Assembly: GCA_964202905.1 (NCBI GenBank)
Contig: CAXNJO010000002.1
Coordinates: 192,001-256,000 of the forward strand
Reading direction: 5' to 3'
Origin: Polyangiales bacterium
GTDB lineage: Bacteria > Myxococcota_A > Polyangia > Polyangiales > JADJQN01
Length of the DNA: 64,000 nucleotides
Both the position numbers and the translations under genes were made by a program. The notes beneath the pieces are model-generated. The model did not search any database and was not told where the DNA came from. It saw only the letters and a list, made by a program, of their open reading frames with translations. Shown in pieces: positions 30,204-40,802 of this stretch. Position 1 is the stretch's first letter. Each line of letters begins with the position of its first letter.

Positions 30204-32194
30204 CCAGCGCCCGGGCCACCGAGGCGCGGGCCGACGCGCGCACGTTTGGACTGCCGCTCCGCGCCCGCGGCGCCGCGCTCGCCGCCGCCTCGTGCGTGCT
30301 GCTCTACGACCTCGCGACGCTCTCGCGCGACCTCGGCTTCTACGACTCCGCGGAGCTCGCGCTCGTCGCCGTGCAGCTCGGCCTCTCGCACCCGATCGGG
30401 CAGCCCGTGCACACGCTGCTCGGCGCCGCGTTCGCGCACCTCCCCGGCGTGCCACCGCTCGTCGGCCTCTCGCTCCTCTCCGCGCTCGCGCACGCGCTCT
30501 CGGCGCTGCCCGCGCTCTCGATCGCCGAGGCGCTCGCCCCCGACGACACGACGACACGCGGCCGCGACGTCGCGCGCGCGGCGGTGGTCGCGGGCCTCTC
30601 GCTCGCGTGGCCGCTCTGGGAAGCGGCGACCCGCGTCGAGGTCTACGCGCTCTCGGGCCTGCTCTCGTGCTGGTCGCTCGCGCGCGCGGTCGGGATCCTC
30701 CACGCGCCGGTGCGCCCCACGGCGACCCGCGACGCCCTCGCCGTGGGCCTCGCGCTCGGCCTGCTCGGCGCGACGAACGCCTACCACGCCGTGCTCACCG
30801 CGGCCGCGATCCTGCCCGCGCTGCTCGGCGCGCTGCGCGCCCGCGTGCTCGGTCCGCGCGCGCTCGCCGCGCTCGTCGGGGGCGGGTTGATCGGCCTGCT
30901 CCCCTACGCGTACGTGCCGCTCGTCGCCGGGCGCACCGACGTGATCGTGTGGGGCGCGCCGACGGACGCCGCGTCGCTGCTCGCCTACTTCCGCGGCGCG
31001 GACTACGCGCGCAACCGCGGGATCGACGCGGCGGGGTTCGTCGCGCACGCGCTCTCCTGGCTGCGCTGGTCGGTCCCCGCGGGCGTGCTGCCGGCGCTGC
31101 TCGTCGGGATCGCGGGGCACGTGGCGCTCGGACGCGGGCGCGCGCTCGGGCGCGCGTGTGCGGCAATGCTCGCGCTCGGCTCGATCGCGCTGCTCTGCTC
31201 GCACGTCGTCTTCCACCCGGACATCACGGACTACGTGGACTACCTGGCGCCCGCGCTGCTCGTCGCGGCCGCCGGCTCCGCAGCGCTCGTGCACCGGATG
31301 GCAGGCCTGTCCGCGCGCGGCCCGGCCCTCGCGGCGCTGCTCGCGATCGCGCTCGTCGGCGCAGCGCTCTCCGCAGGCCCCGCCGTGCACGCGCGGACGC
31401 GCGCCTCCGACCACGCCGCGCGCGTGCTCGCCGCGGGCGCGCTCGACGAGACGCCGCGGGGCGCGATCCTCGTCATCGGCCCCGATCATTGGGCCGCGCC
31501 GATGCTCTACCTGCAGGAGGTCGAGCACCGCCGCCCCGACGTCGTCCTCGTGCTGCACGGGCTCGCCAGCTCGTCCTGGTATTGGGAGCACCTGGCGCGG
31601 CGGCACCCGGATCTCCCGCCCTTCCCCTTGCGCGGGCCCGGCGGTCGCGACGCGCGCATCCGCCGTCTGCTCGCGGCGGCCGGGGACCGCGCCGTGCACG
31701 TCTCGGGGCTCGAGCTCGCGCGGGCGGTCGGCATGGCGCCGTGCGAGGTCGGCTACCTCGCGCGCGTCCGGCCCTGCGGCGCCCGGGGCGCGGCGCCCGC
31801 CCTCGACGCCGCGGAGGCCAACGCCGCGCTCGCCCGCGCGATGCGCGCCGTCGACACCGGCTCCCCCGCGAGCGACGGCGCGCTCGCCGACGTCGCCCTC
31901 GTCCGCGGAGAGCTGCTCTGGCGACTCGGGCGCCCCGCGACGGCGCTGCACGCGCTCCTCGCCGGCGTACCGCCGTCGCTGCGCCCCGCGACGCCACCGC
32001 TCGACCCGCGTGCCCTCGCGCGCGCGGCCCCGCTGCGCGGCCCGCTCCCCGCCTGGAGCGAGCCCGCCGCGCTCGGCGATCCGCGGCGCGCGCTCTTCCT
32101 CGCCGGCTCGCTCACGCACGCTGCGGGCGCGGACGACGTCGCCCGCGCCTACGCGACACGGGCCGCCGAGCTCGGCCTGCCGGAAGCTCAATAA
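30200..32194 (+). CDS. DUF2723 / TMEM260-like GT-C glycosyltransferase
   Basis: DSAEL...LGLSHPIGQP, WEAATRVEVYAL, YLQEVEHRRPDV; multi-TM. TTG start overlaps the upstream TGA. Confidence 0.82.
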   Translation: MTSARATEARADARTFGLPLRARGAALAAASCVLLYDLATLSRDLGFYDSAELALVAVQLGLSHPIGQPVHTLLGAAFAHLPGVPPLVGLSLLSALAHALSALPALSIAEALAPDDTTTRGRDVARAAVVAGLSLAWPLWEAATRVEVYALSGLLSCWSLARAVGILHAPVRPTATRDALAVGLALGLLGATNAYHAVLTAAAILPALLGALRARVLGPRALAALVGGGLIGLLPYAYVPLVAGRTDVIVWGAPTDAASLLAYFRGADYARNRGIDAAGFVAHALSWLRWSVPAGVLPALLVGIAGHVALGRGRALGRACAAMLALGSIALLCSHVVFHPDITDYVDYLAPALLVAAAGSAALVHRMAGLSARGPALAALLAIALVGAALSAGPAVHARTRASDHAARVLAAGALDETPRGAILVIGPDHWAAPMLYLQEVEHRRPDVVLVLHGLASSSWYWEHLARRHPDLPPFPLRGPGGRDARIRRLLAAAGDRAVHVSGLELARAVGMAPCEVGYLARVRPCGARGAAPALDAAEANAALARAMRAVDTGSPASDGALADVALVRGELLWRLGRPATALHALLAGVPPSLRPATPPLDPRALARAAPLRGPLPAWSEPAALGDPRRALFLAGSLTHAAGADDVARAYATRAAELGLPEAQ

Positions 32195-32214
32195 CCGAAC
32201 GATTCCAAATACTT
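32189..32214. other. AT-rich 26-bp motif, copy 1 (CAATAACCGAACGATTCCAAATACTT)
   Basis: 16/26 identical, ungapped, to 37907-37932; both lie at convergent gene junctions. Confidence 0.45.
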
Positions 32215-32236
32215 TAAGGCGACACTGCGCCGCGCT

Positions 32237-33214
32237 TCACAGCGCGTCGCGGAACACGACGCCGTCGAACTCCTCCGCGGAAAACGGCATCGCGAGGCGC
32301 TCGCGCCGCGCGTGGGCGCGAAGGTACACGCTGCCGCGGTCGCCGAAGCGCGTCGGGTAGTAGTTCATCTCGGTCACGAGGAAGCGCGCACGCGCGGCGG
32401 TCGTCGGCAGGGCCTCGACGCGGGCCCGCGTCGGCGCGTGACGGCAGGCCGCGAGCACGGCCGCGACGCGCTCACCCGAGAAGTCGTCGTCGTCGGGTGC
32501 GGGCGCATCGTCCACGGGCGGGCGGGCCGGATCGACGGGCGTCGGCACGGTGCCGCGCCAGAAGCTCACCTCGCCGGGCCGCGCGAAGGGATCGACGGGC
32601 GCGCCGTCGAGCCAGCAATGGAAGTGCACGTGCGGGATGCCGAGCGGGAACGTCGAGAAACCGTCGAGGCCGCTGTAGCCGGTGACGCCCACGCGGTCGC
32701 CCGTGCGCAGCACGTCCCCCTCGCGGACGAGCGTGCGCGCGAGGTGCACCGACACCGTGAAGAGGCCGTCGCCGTGGTCGATCGCGACCTTCAGCCCGCC
32801 GCGGTTGAACTCCGTCCACACCCGCGCGACGACGCCGCTCGCGGCCGCGAGCAACACCGAGCCGACGGGCACGGCGAAGTCGGTGCCGTTGTGGCTGTCG
32901 TACGTGAGCCCGCGCCCGCGGAAGTCCTCGACCTGCGTGCGGCGCACCGACCAGCCCTGCTCGATCGGCGTCTGCCGGTGGTTGTAGAGGTTCGAGAGGA
33001 TCGCGCGACGCGGAACGGGGAAGCGCCCCAGCCAGAGCGGCGGTGCGAGGCGCGGCTCGAGCATCGAGAGGCTCGTGAGATCGAAGCGCGAGGGCGGCAC
33101 ACCGGGCGCACCGCGCAGCGCGACGAGCGCCTCGCGCAAGCGCTGCCGCGGTGGCGCGAGGCCGAGCATCTCGACGAAAGAGGGGAACCGGGTCTCGTGA
33201 TCACGCACGCTCAC
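32237..33214 (-). CDS. M23 family metallopeptidase with no obvious signal peptide
   Basis: YDSHNGTDF (HxxxD), GGLKVAIDHG, PHVHF (HxH), VDPF. GTG overlaps the kinase stop; alternative start at 33220. Confidence 0.88.
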   Translation of the reverse strand: MSVRDHETRFPSFVEMLGLAPPRQRLREALVALRGAPGVPPSRFDLTSLSMLEPRLAPPLWLGRFPVPRRAILSNLYNHRQTPIEQGWSVRRTQVEDFRGRGLTYDSHNGTDFAVPVGSVLLAAASGVVARVWTEFNRGGLKVAIDHGDGLFTVSVHLARTLVREGDVLRTGDRVGVTGYSGLDGFSTFPLGIPHVHFHCWLDGAPVDPFARPGEVSFWRGTVPTPVDPARPPVDDAPAPDDDDFSGERVAAVLAACRHAPTRARVEALPTTAARARFLVTEMNYYPTRFGDRGSVYLRAHARRERLAMPFSAEEFDGVVFRDAL

Positions 33215-36200
33215 AGGCACCTCACGAACTCGCGCCCGAACTCGAGCGGATAGGGCCGATCCTTCGGGTCCTTGGCGGTCGCCGCGCGCATCAGGCGGAC
33301 GAGCGCCGCGGGGTAGGTGGCGACGCGCGCCGGGTCCTCGAGCGGCTCCCGGTTCATGTGGGCGACGATGCGCTCGCGCCCGGCCTCGACGTCGTCGAAG
33401 AAGGTGCGTCCCGTCGTGACGGCGTAGATCGTCCCGGCGAGCGCGTAGACGTCGGCGCGCCCGTCGAGCTCCACCGGGTCGAGCACCTGCTCGGGCGCGA
33501 TGAACCCGGGCGTCCCGGCGATGAAACGGCCCGCCGACTCGACCTCGACGCGCATCGCGCGCACCATGCCGAAGTCGATGACCACCGTCGCGAGGGGCGG
33601 TGCGGTCGCCGGGTCACGGTGGCGCGTGGGATCGAAGCCCTGCCCGCCCGGGAGCGGCAGGCGCAGCCAGAGGTTCGCGGGCTTGACGTCGCGGTGCACG
33701 AGCCCCGCGCCGTGCAGGGCGGCGAGTCCCGCGCACGACTCGAGCACGACCTGCCGCAGCTCGAAGAGCGACATCAACCGCGCGGTCGCGTACTGCTTCA
33801 GATCCGCGCCGAGCAGCAGCTCGAGCACGAGATAGGGCGCGTCGCTCTCGACGCCACGCTCGATGATGTTCGCGACGTTCGGGTGATAGAGGCCGGCGAG
33901 GGCCCGCGCCTCCTCGACGAACGAGGCGAGGATCCCCTCGCGCTCCGTGTCGCTCGCCCGCGCGAGGGCCTCCTGCTTCGGGGTCTTCAGCACGAAGAAG
34001 CGATCCGCGTCGGGCTTGCGGACGAGCCACACCGTGCCGATGCCGCCCTCGCCGATCGGACGCACGAGCTGGTAGCCGGCGATGACCTTCGGCTCGGGGC
34101 GCTTCTTCGCCGGAGGCGGGGGCGGCGTGCGGCGCACGGCGCCGAGCACCGCGGCCTCGACCAGCGCCGAGGACACGGGACCGAGCGAGGTGAACCAGAC
34201 CTCGAGCAGCGAGACGTCGCGTGCGCGGATGCTGCGCGCGACGAGCGCGGCCACACGCGGCGCGTTCTCCGTCGCGGCGCGCGAGAGCGAGTCTTCGGCC
34301 GTCGCGTACGACGCGGGGTGGAGCGCCTTCACCGGATCGGCGAGCGCGCCCTGCACGCGCTCGGCCGCGAGCACGAGCTGCAGGCACAGGGCCTCGAGGT
34401 TCGGCCGGGTCCCGGCGGCCACGGCGAAGGCCGCGAGCGCCTGCGCGAGGCCGAGCAGCGCCTGCGCGAGCTCGGTGTCGTCGGCGAAGAGCGCGCGGAG
34501 CGCGTCCGCGGCAGCGGGGCCCCAGGCGCCATCGACGCTCGCGGCCGAGACGCTCTCGCGGAGCCGCTCGGCCTGCGCGCAGCAGAGTTCGAGCGCGTCC
34601 TCGGCGAGCATCGGCAGCGCCGTGCCGAGCGCGCGCAACGTGCCCGGCCGGTCGATCACGAGCGCCCACCACGCGGCGAAGGGACCGAGCCAACGCACGT
34701 CCTCGATCTCGCCGAGCGACGCCCCGCGCGTCGTGTCGACGAGCCGCCAGAAGAGCGCGCTCAGCGAGGCCCGGAGCGGCTGCGGAAGCGCGCGCGCGCC
34801 GTCGCCGAGCCCGTCGATCCTGCGCAGCCAGAGGCAGATCCCATGCGCGGTGTTCCCGCGGCCCGGTCCCACGTCGGCCCCGTCGCCGCACGCGTCGAGC
34901 GCGTATCCACCGAGTCGCAGCGCGACGATCTCGAGTCCCAGCTCGAACTGCGGATCGCGTGTCGAGGGATCGGGCGCACGCCGCTGGTCGGCGACGAGCT
35001 CGAGCAGCTCCTCCGGCGCCCGCGCGACGAGCTGCCACGTCTCCTCCAGCGCGGGCAGCGGCACGGGCGCGCCGGCCGGGCGCGTCGCGAGCAGCGGACC
35101 CCAGAGCCGCAGCGCGAGCGCGCGCGCACAGCCCTCGAAGGCGTTGAGCGCGGCCGCGCGGTGGCGCAGCGAGCCGCCCGAGAGCGCGACGCGACGCGCC
35201 TCGGCGAACGTCGGACCGAGCGTGTCCGCGAAGCGCGCGGCCCGCGCGTCGGCCTCCTCGTCGTCGTACTGCGCGGCGAGCCGCACGAGGTTCTCGAGCC
35301 CGAGCTCGAGGTCGAGCGGATCGCGCTCGGCGCCGTCGACGGGATCGGTGACCGCGATGACCTCGAGCCACCGCCGCCAATCCTCGAGCGTGTCGGCCCG
35401 CGCGCGCCGCGCCTGCTCGCGCAGCTGCCGCAGGGGCGGCTCGACCGCGGCCTGCTGCACGCCGCGCCGCCAGAGCGAGGCGAGGCCCCGCGCGAGCGCC
35501 CGCGCCGCGATCGCGCCGCCATCCCCCGCCGCGACGCGCGCCGCGAGGCGGTCCCAGAGCGCGCGGCTCTCGACGAAGAGGTAGGGGGTCGCCGCGGCGA
35601 CGGCGGCGAGGGCCCAGGACTCCTCCCCGGGCGCGTCGAGCACCGCGGAGAGCTCGCTCCCGAGGGAGCGCAGCCGCTCCCCGGGGAGCGACGCGAAGGC
35701 CGTCATCGCGCGCTGGCGCAGGAGCGGCGACTCCCCGCGCACCCAGTCGAGCAGCGTCCCCTCGAGCGGCTCGATCGCGCCCGTCAGCCTGCCGAGCGCG
35801 CGCGCAGCGTGCACCCACACGAGCGGCTCGGGGTGCAGCAGCAGCGGCTGCAGCACCTGCAGCGTCCGCCCGACGAGCGCGGGGTCGGTACCCGCCGGCA
35901 GGCCGCGCCCGCACACCTCGAGACAGCGCGCCGCGAGCACGCGCCCGCGCAGCGTGCCGCGCGCCGGCTCGCCGACGAGCGCGTCGAAATTCGACACCGA
36001 GCTCCACAGCCACGCGGCGAGTTCCGGGGCCGCGAGCGCGCTCGCCCCGGCCTCCCACACGAGGATCTCGAGGCGCGCACGCGCTTGCGTGTTCTCCGGG
36101 AGCGCGAGCGCCGCGCCGTCGCCGAGCAGCGGCGCGCACGCGAGCGCGTCGACGAGCGGCCCCTCGAGCACGCGGTCACGCGCGGCCGCGACGCCGCGCG

Positions 36201-36531
36201 CGCGGAGCGACGGTTCGGCGACGGCGGACGCGAGCAGCCGCACGAGCCGCGCGTCCCGGTGGCTCGCGCTCGCCGCGCACCACGTGAGGAGGAGTTCGCC
36301 CTCGGCGCCCCCGAGCCGCTGCGCGAGCTCGCCCGCGCTCGTCGGCGAGCGCGTCAGCGTCGGCAGCGCGCGCTCGAGCACGTCTGCGGCCGCCGCGGCC
36401 GGCTCCGTGAGCGCCGCCGCCCCGCCCGCACCGCGGCGCCAGCGCTCCTCGAGCGCGGGGAGCAGCGCGGGGAATGCACCGGGATCCGCGGCGAGCAGGG
36501 CGAGCGCGTCCTTCACGGGGGCGGGCAGCAT
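33211..36531 (-). CDS. ~1,100-aa protein: long alpha-helical (HEAT/ARM-like) region plus C-terminal Ser/Thr kinase
   Basis: IGEGGIGTVW, FVLK, HRDVKPAN, IDFG, GTPGFIAPEQ in the last ~290 aa; HEAT-like VWVHAARALGRL and LLRQRAMTAFASL; no TM segment seen. Confidence 0.88.
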   Translation of the reverse strand: MLPAPVKDALALLAADPGAFPALLPALEERWRRGAGGAAALTEPAAAAADVLERALPTLTRSPTSAGELAQRLGGAEGELLLTWCAASASHRDARLVRLLASAVAEPSLRARGVAAARDRVLEGPLVDALACAPLLGDGAALALPENTQARARLEILVWEAGASALAAPELAAWLWSSVSNFDALVGEPARGTLRGRVLAARCLEVCGRGLPAGTDPALVGRTLQVLQPLLLHPEPLVWVHAARALGRLTGAIEPLEGTLLDWVRGESPLLRQRAMTAFASLPGERLRSLGSELSAVLDAPGEESWALAAVAAATPYLFVESRALWDRLAARVAAGDGGAIAARALARGLASLWRRGVQQAAVEPPLRQLREQARRARADTLEDWRRWLEVIAVTDPVDGAERDPLDLELGLENLVRLAAQYDDEEADARAARFADTLGPTFAEARRVALSGGSLRHRAAALNAFEGCARALALRLWGPLLATRPAGAPVPLPALEETWQLVARAPEELLELVADQRRAPDPSTRDPQFELGLEIVALRLGGYALDACGDGADVGPGRGNTAHGICLWLRRIDGLGDGARALPQPLRASLSALFWRLVDTTRGASLGEIEDVRWLGPFAAWWALVIDRPGTLRALGTALPMLAEDALELCCAQAERLRESVSAASVDGAWGPAAADALRALFADDTELAQALLGLAQALAAFAVAAGTRPNLEALCLQLVLAAERVQGALADPVKALHPASYATAEDSLSRAATENAPRVAALVARSIRARDVSLLEVWFTSLGPVSSALVEAAVLGAVRRTPPPPPAKKRPEPKVIAGYQLVRPIGEGGIGTVWLVRKPDADRFFVLKTPKQEALARASDTEREGILASFVEEARALAGLYHPNVANIIERGVESDAPYLVLELLLGADLKQYATARLMSLFELRQVVLESCAGLAALHGAGLVHRDVKPANLWLRLPLPGGQGFDPTRHRDPATAPPLATVVIDFGMVRAMRVEVESAGRFIAGTPGFIAPEQVLDPVELDGRADVYALAGTIYAVTTGRTFFDDVEAGRERIVAHMNREPLEDPARVATYPAALVRLMRAATAKDPKDRPYPLEFGREFVRCL

Positions 36532-36640
36532 GGCGCCGCCGAGCGTACACCCGTGCCGCGGCGCCCGGGGCGCGTGACCGAGCGCCACCCGCCGCACGAG
36601 CCCGCTGACGGTCCGGGCGATTCGTGGGACAACGCGGCCG

Positions 36641-37156
36641 ATGCGACACCGCACCCACGGCAGCGGCCGCTTCGAGCCCGCGCAGATCGCGACGCTCGGC
36701 GAGGGCTGCGTGATCGAGGACGGGGTGCTCGTCTTCCATCCGGAGCACGTGCACCTCGGTCGCAACGTCTACGTGGGCCACCAGACGATCCTCAAGGGCT
36801 ACTACAAGCACGCGCTGCGCATCGGCGACGAGACGTGGATCGGCCAGCAGTGCTTCCTGCACGCGGCGGGCGGCATCACGATCGGCGCGCGCGTCGGCAT
36901 CGGGCCGGGCGTCCGCATCCTCACCTCGACGCACGCCGAAGCCGGGCGCGACACGCCGATCCTCTTCTCTCCGATCGACTTCGCCCCCGTCGTCATCGAG
37001 GACGACGCGGACCTCGGCGTCGGCACGATCGTGCTCCCCGGCGTCACGATCGGCCGCGGCGCGCAGCTCGGCGCAGGCGCCGTCGTCACCGCGGACGTGC
37101 CCGCCTACGCGGTCGCCGCGGGCGTCCCCGCGCGTGTGATACGGATGCGGCCATGA
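36641..37156 (+). CDS. Hexapeptide-repeat (LbH) sugar O-acyltransferase
   Basis: IGDETWIG, ITIGARVGIGPGV, VLPGVTIGRGAQLGAGAVV, AGVPARVI. Confidence 0.92.
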   Translation: MRHRTHGSGRFEPAQIATLGEGCVIEDGVLVFHPEHVHLGRNVYVGHQTILKGYYKHALRIGDETWIGQQCFLHAAGGITIGARVGIGPGVRILTSTHAEAGRDTPILFSPIDFAPVVIEDDADLGVGTIVLPGVTIGRGAQLGAGAVVTADVPAYAVAAGVPARVIRMRP

Positions 37157-37869
37157 GCGCGCGCGACGACCTCTCGATCGTCGTCTTCGCGTTCGACGAG
37201 GAAGAGAACATCGCCGCGGTCCTCGGGGAGCTGCGCGCGTGGCTCGCGCAGCACGAGCCCGACGCGGAGCTCGTGTTCGTCGACGACGGCTCCCGCGACC
37301 GCACCCGCGACGAGGCCGCCCGCGCGCTCGCCGGGATGCGCTCCGTGATCCTCCGCCACGAGCGCAACCGCGGCATCGGCGCGGCCCTGAAGACCGGCGT
37401 CGCCGCGGCGAGCGGCGCGTTCGTCACGTTCCTGCCCGCCGACGGTCAGATCGCGCCGGAGGCCGTGCGCACCCTGCGCGACGCGCAGCGGGCGCGCGAC
37501 GCCGACGTCGTGCTCAGCGTCTACGACCACCGCGACGACGGGCTCGATCGCAAGGTCCTCTCGGCCGGCGTGCGCGCGCTCATCACGCTCGTGCACGGCG
37601 TGCGGCTGCACAGCGACGGCCCTTACCTCTTTCGCCGCGCGCTCTTCGTGCCCGCGCAGCTGCCGCCGGACACGTTCTTTCTCAACTTCGAGTTCCCGAT
37701 CCGCGTCCTCGCCGCGGGCCTGCGCGTCGCGACCGTGACCATCGCCTGTCGGCCGCGGCGCGCCGGCGCCTCGAAATCGACCGGCCTGCGCCGCGTCGCC
37801 GGCGTCGCCCGCGACCTGCTCGAGCTCCGGGTGCGCCGCGTGCGCGAGGCCGCCCGCGCGCTCCGCTGA
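37153..37869 (+). CDS. GT2 (DPM1-like) glycosyltransferase
   Basis: FDEEENI, FVDDGSRDRT, NRGIGAALKTG, ADGQ. ATGA overlap with the upstream gene. Confidence 0.92.
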   Translation: MSARDDLSIVVFAFDEEENIAAVLGELRAWLAQHEPDAELVFVDDGSRDRTRDEAARALAGMRSVILRHERNRGIGAALKTGVAAASGAFVTFLPADGQIAPEAVRTLRDAQRARDADVVLSVYDHRDDGLDRKVLSAGVRALITLVHGVRLHSDGPYLFRRALFVPAQLPPDTFFLNFEFPIRVLAAGLRVATVTIACRPRRAGASKSTGLRRVAGVARDLLELRVRRVREAARALR

Positions 37870-37906
37870 GCGCACGGCGCGGCCGCCTCTGACACGCGCC
37901 GGCCCC

Positions 37907-37932
37907 CGATAAACCAGCAACCTCGGATACTT
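37907..37932. other. AT-rich 26-bp motif, copy 2 (CGATAAACCAGCAACCTCGGATACTT)
   Basis: See copy 1. Lies within an imperfect inverted repeat (ACGCGCCGG...CCGGCGCGT). Confidence 0.45.
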
Positions 37933-37978
37933 ACGCGCTATCCGGCGCGTTCGCTCCGCGCGACGCAGCGGGAACGGC

Positions 37979-39517
37979 TCACGCGCTGCGGAGGCGGTCG
38001 CGCAGCGTCGAGCGGGGCAGGCCGAGCGTGCGGGCGGCGGCCGAGAGATTGCCCCGGTGCGCCTCGACGACGGCCGCGAGCGAGTCGCCGCGCGGCGAGG
38101 CGTCCTCGCGCGCCTCCGGGCCGCCGAGCCGCAGGAGCGCGCGCTCGACGTCGTCGCGATCGAGCGTGCCCGCAGCGCTCAGCGCCGTCGCGGCGCGGAG
38201 CACGTTGCGCAGCTCGCGCGCGTTGCCCGGCCAGGGATGCACGAGGAGGCGCTGGTACGCGCGCTCCGTGAGCGTCCGGCACCCGGCCTCGCGCCCAATC
38301 TCCTCGAGGAAGTGCGCGGCGAGCGCCCGCACGTCCTCGGGGCGCGCACGCAGCGGCGGCACCTCGAGCGGGCACTGCGCGATGCGGTAGTAGAGGTCGC
38401 GCCGGAACGTGCCTGCGCCCACCATCTGCCGCAGATCGCGGTGCGACGCGCACACGAGACGCACGTCGACGCGCAGCGCCGCCTCGCCGCCCACGCGCCG
38501 CACCTCGCCGCTGTCGAGTACGCGCAGCAGGCGGGCCTGCAGGTCGAGCGGGAGCTCGGCGATCTCGTCGAGGAAGAGCGTCCCCCCATCCGCGAGCTCG
38601 AAGGCGCCGCGCCGCTGCGCGCTCGCGCCCGTGAACGCGCCCTTCTCGTGCCCGAAGAGCTCGCTCTCGATGAGCTCGCGCGTGAGGCTCCCGGCGTTCA
38701 GCGTGACGAGCGGCCGTGAGGCCCGCGGCCCGCGCTGGTGGAGCGCACGCGCGAGGCCCTCCTTGCCCGCGCCGCTCTCGCCGTGGATGAGCACCGTCCA
38801 CGGGAGCCGCGCGAGGCGCTCGACCTCGGCGAGCACGGTCAACATCCGCGGCGACGCGGCGACGATGCCCTCGCGCCGCGCGTCGCCGCTGCGGCCGCGC
38901 ACGAGGAGCGCGACGTCCGTGCGCCCGACGCGCAGCTGCCCGCCGACGCCGAGCCGCGCGCGCTCGACCCGCAGCCCATCGATCCACGTGCCGTTGCGGC
39001 TCCCGAGATCGCGCACGGCGATCCCGTCGGCGCAGGGCTCGAGGCGGCAGTGGTGCGCGCTCACCGTGCGATCGAGCAGAACGAGGTCGTTGTCGGGCGC
39101 GGAGCCCACCGCGACCGGGCGACCCTCGAGCGCGAGCCGCCGCGCCTCGGGGCCGCGGCCGACGACGAGCGCGAGCGCCTCGGAGTCCCCGCGCACGGCG
39201 ACCACGGGCTCGGTGCGCGTCGCGGGCGCGTGCGGCCGGGTCGGCACCTCGGGCAGGCGGCAGAGCGTGTGCCGACCGAGCGCGAGCGGCTCTTCCGCGA
39301 CGAGCGGGCGCGCACCGACGGTCGGCCGGCCGGTCGCGCGGAGGTCGTAGACGAGCACGCCGCCGCCGCGCGCGACGAGGAGCGCGTGCCGCTCGGCGAC
39401 GGCCTCGTCGTGCACGACGATGTCGCACGAGGCGCCGCGACCGACCTCGATCGGGCTCGCGCCGAGGGTGAACGCGCGCAGGGGTTCGTCGCGGTAGCAG
39501 AGCATCAAGGCTTCCAT
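37979..39517 (-). CDS. Sigma54-dependent enhancer-binding protein with two N-terminal FHA domains
   Basis: GR...VAERHA and VSAHHC...DLGSRNGT FHA motifs; GESGAGKE, ESELFGHEKGAFTGA, FLDEIAE, WPGNARELRN; Fis-type HTH; SD GGAGGA. Confidence 0.95.
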   Translation of the reverse strand: MEALMLCYRDEPLRAFTLGASPIEVGRGASCDIVVHDEAVAERHALLVARGGGVLVYDLRATGRPTVGARPLVAEEPLALGRHTLCRLPEVPTRPHAPATRTEPVVAVRGDSEALALVVGRGPEARRLALEGRPVAVGSAPDNDLVLLDRTVSAHHCRLEPCADGIAVRDLGSRNGTWIDGLRVERARLGVGGQLRVGRTDVALLVRGRSGDARREGIVAASPRMLTVLAEVERLARLPWTVLIHGESGAGKEGLARALHQRGPRASRPLVTLNAGSLTRELIESELFGHEKGAFTGASAQRRGAFELADGGTLFLDEIAELPLDLQARLLRVLDSGEVRRVGGEAALRVDVRLVCASHRDLRQMVGAGTFRRDLYYRIAQCPLEVPPLRARPEDVRALAAHFLEEIGREAGCRTLTERAYQRLLVHPWPGNARELRNVLRAATALSAAGTLDRDDVERALLRLGGPEAREDASPRGDSLAAVVEAHRGNLSAAARTLGLPRSTLRDRLRSA

Positions 39518-39601
39518 GATTCCTCCGGGGTCGAAGACGGCGCGCGTTATCGCGGCCCCTCGCCGCGCGGTTGTCGTGCGCGCGCAGACGCACCGGATGC
39601 C

Positions 39602-39630
39602 TTGAAACGCGGGGAGCGAGCGGGTAGCGT
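39602..39630 (+). promoter_or_regulatory. Putative sigma70 promoter TTGAAA-N17-TAGCGT, 8 nt before the gcvT GTG
   Basis: Read directly; canonical spacing; no SD before the start codon. Confidence 0.65.
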
Positions 39631-39638
39631 CGCGCCGC

Positions 39639-40754
<1,116 letters not shown>

Positions 40755-40802
40755 AGTCCGGCGCCCGTTCGACCACCCCAAGGACCACGAGGCGAGACCG
40801 CG

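Noticed and set aside
5800..37869. Many long Arg/Ala/Pro-rich ORFs in the track (e.g. 8313-12368, 12479-14875, 25991-29473, the 5' part of 33151-37869)
   Set aside because: Shadow frames of real genes in very high-GC DNA; no recognisable motifs and stop codons are rare by composition.
39518..39638. Glycine riboswitch upstream of gcvT
   Set aside because: No room or aptamer motifs; the promoter-like boxes lie immediately before the start codon.
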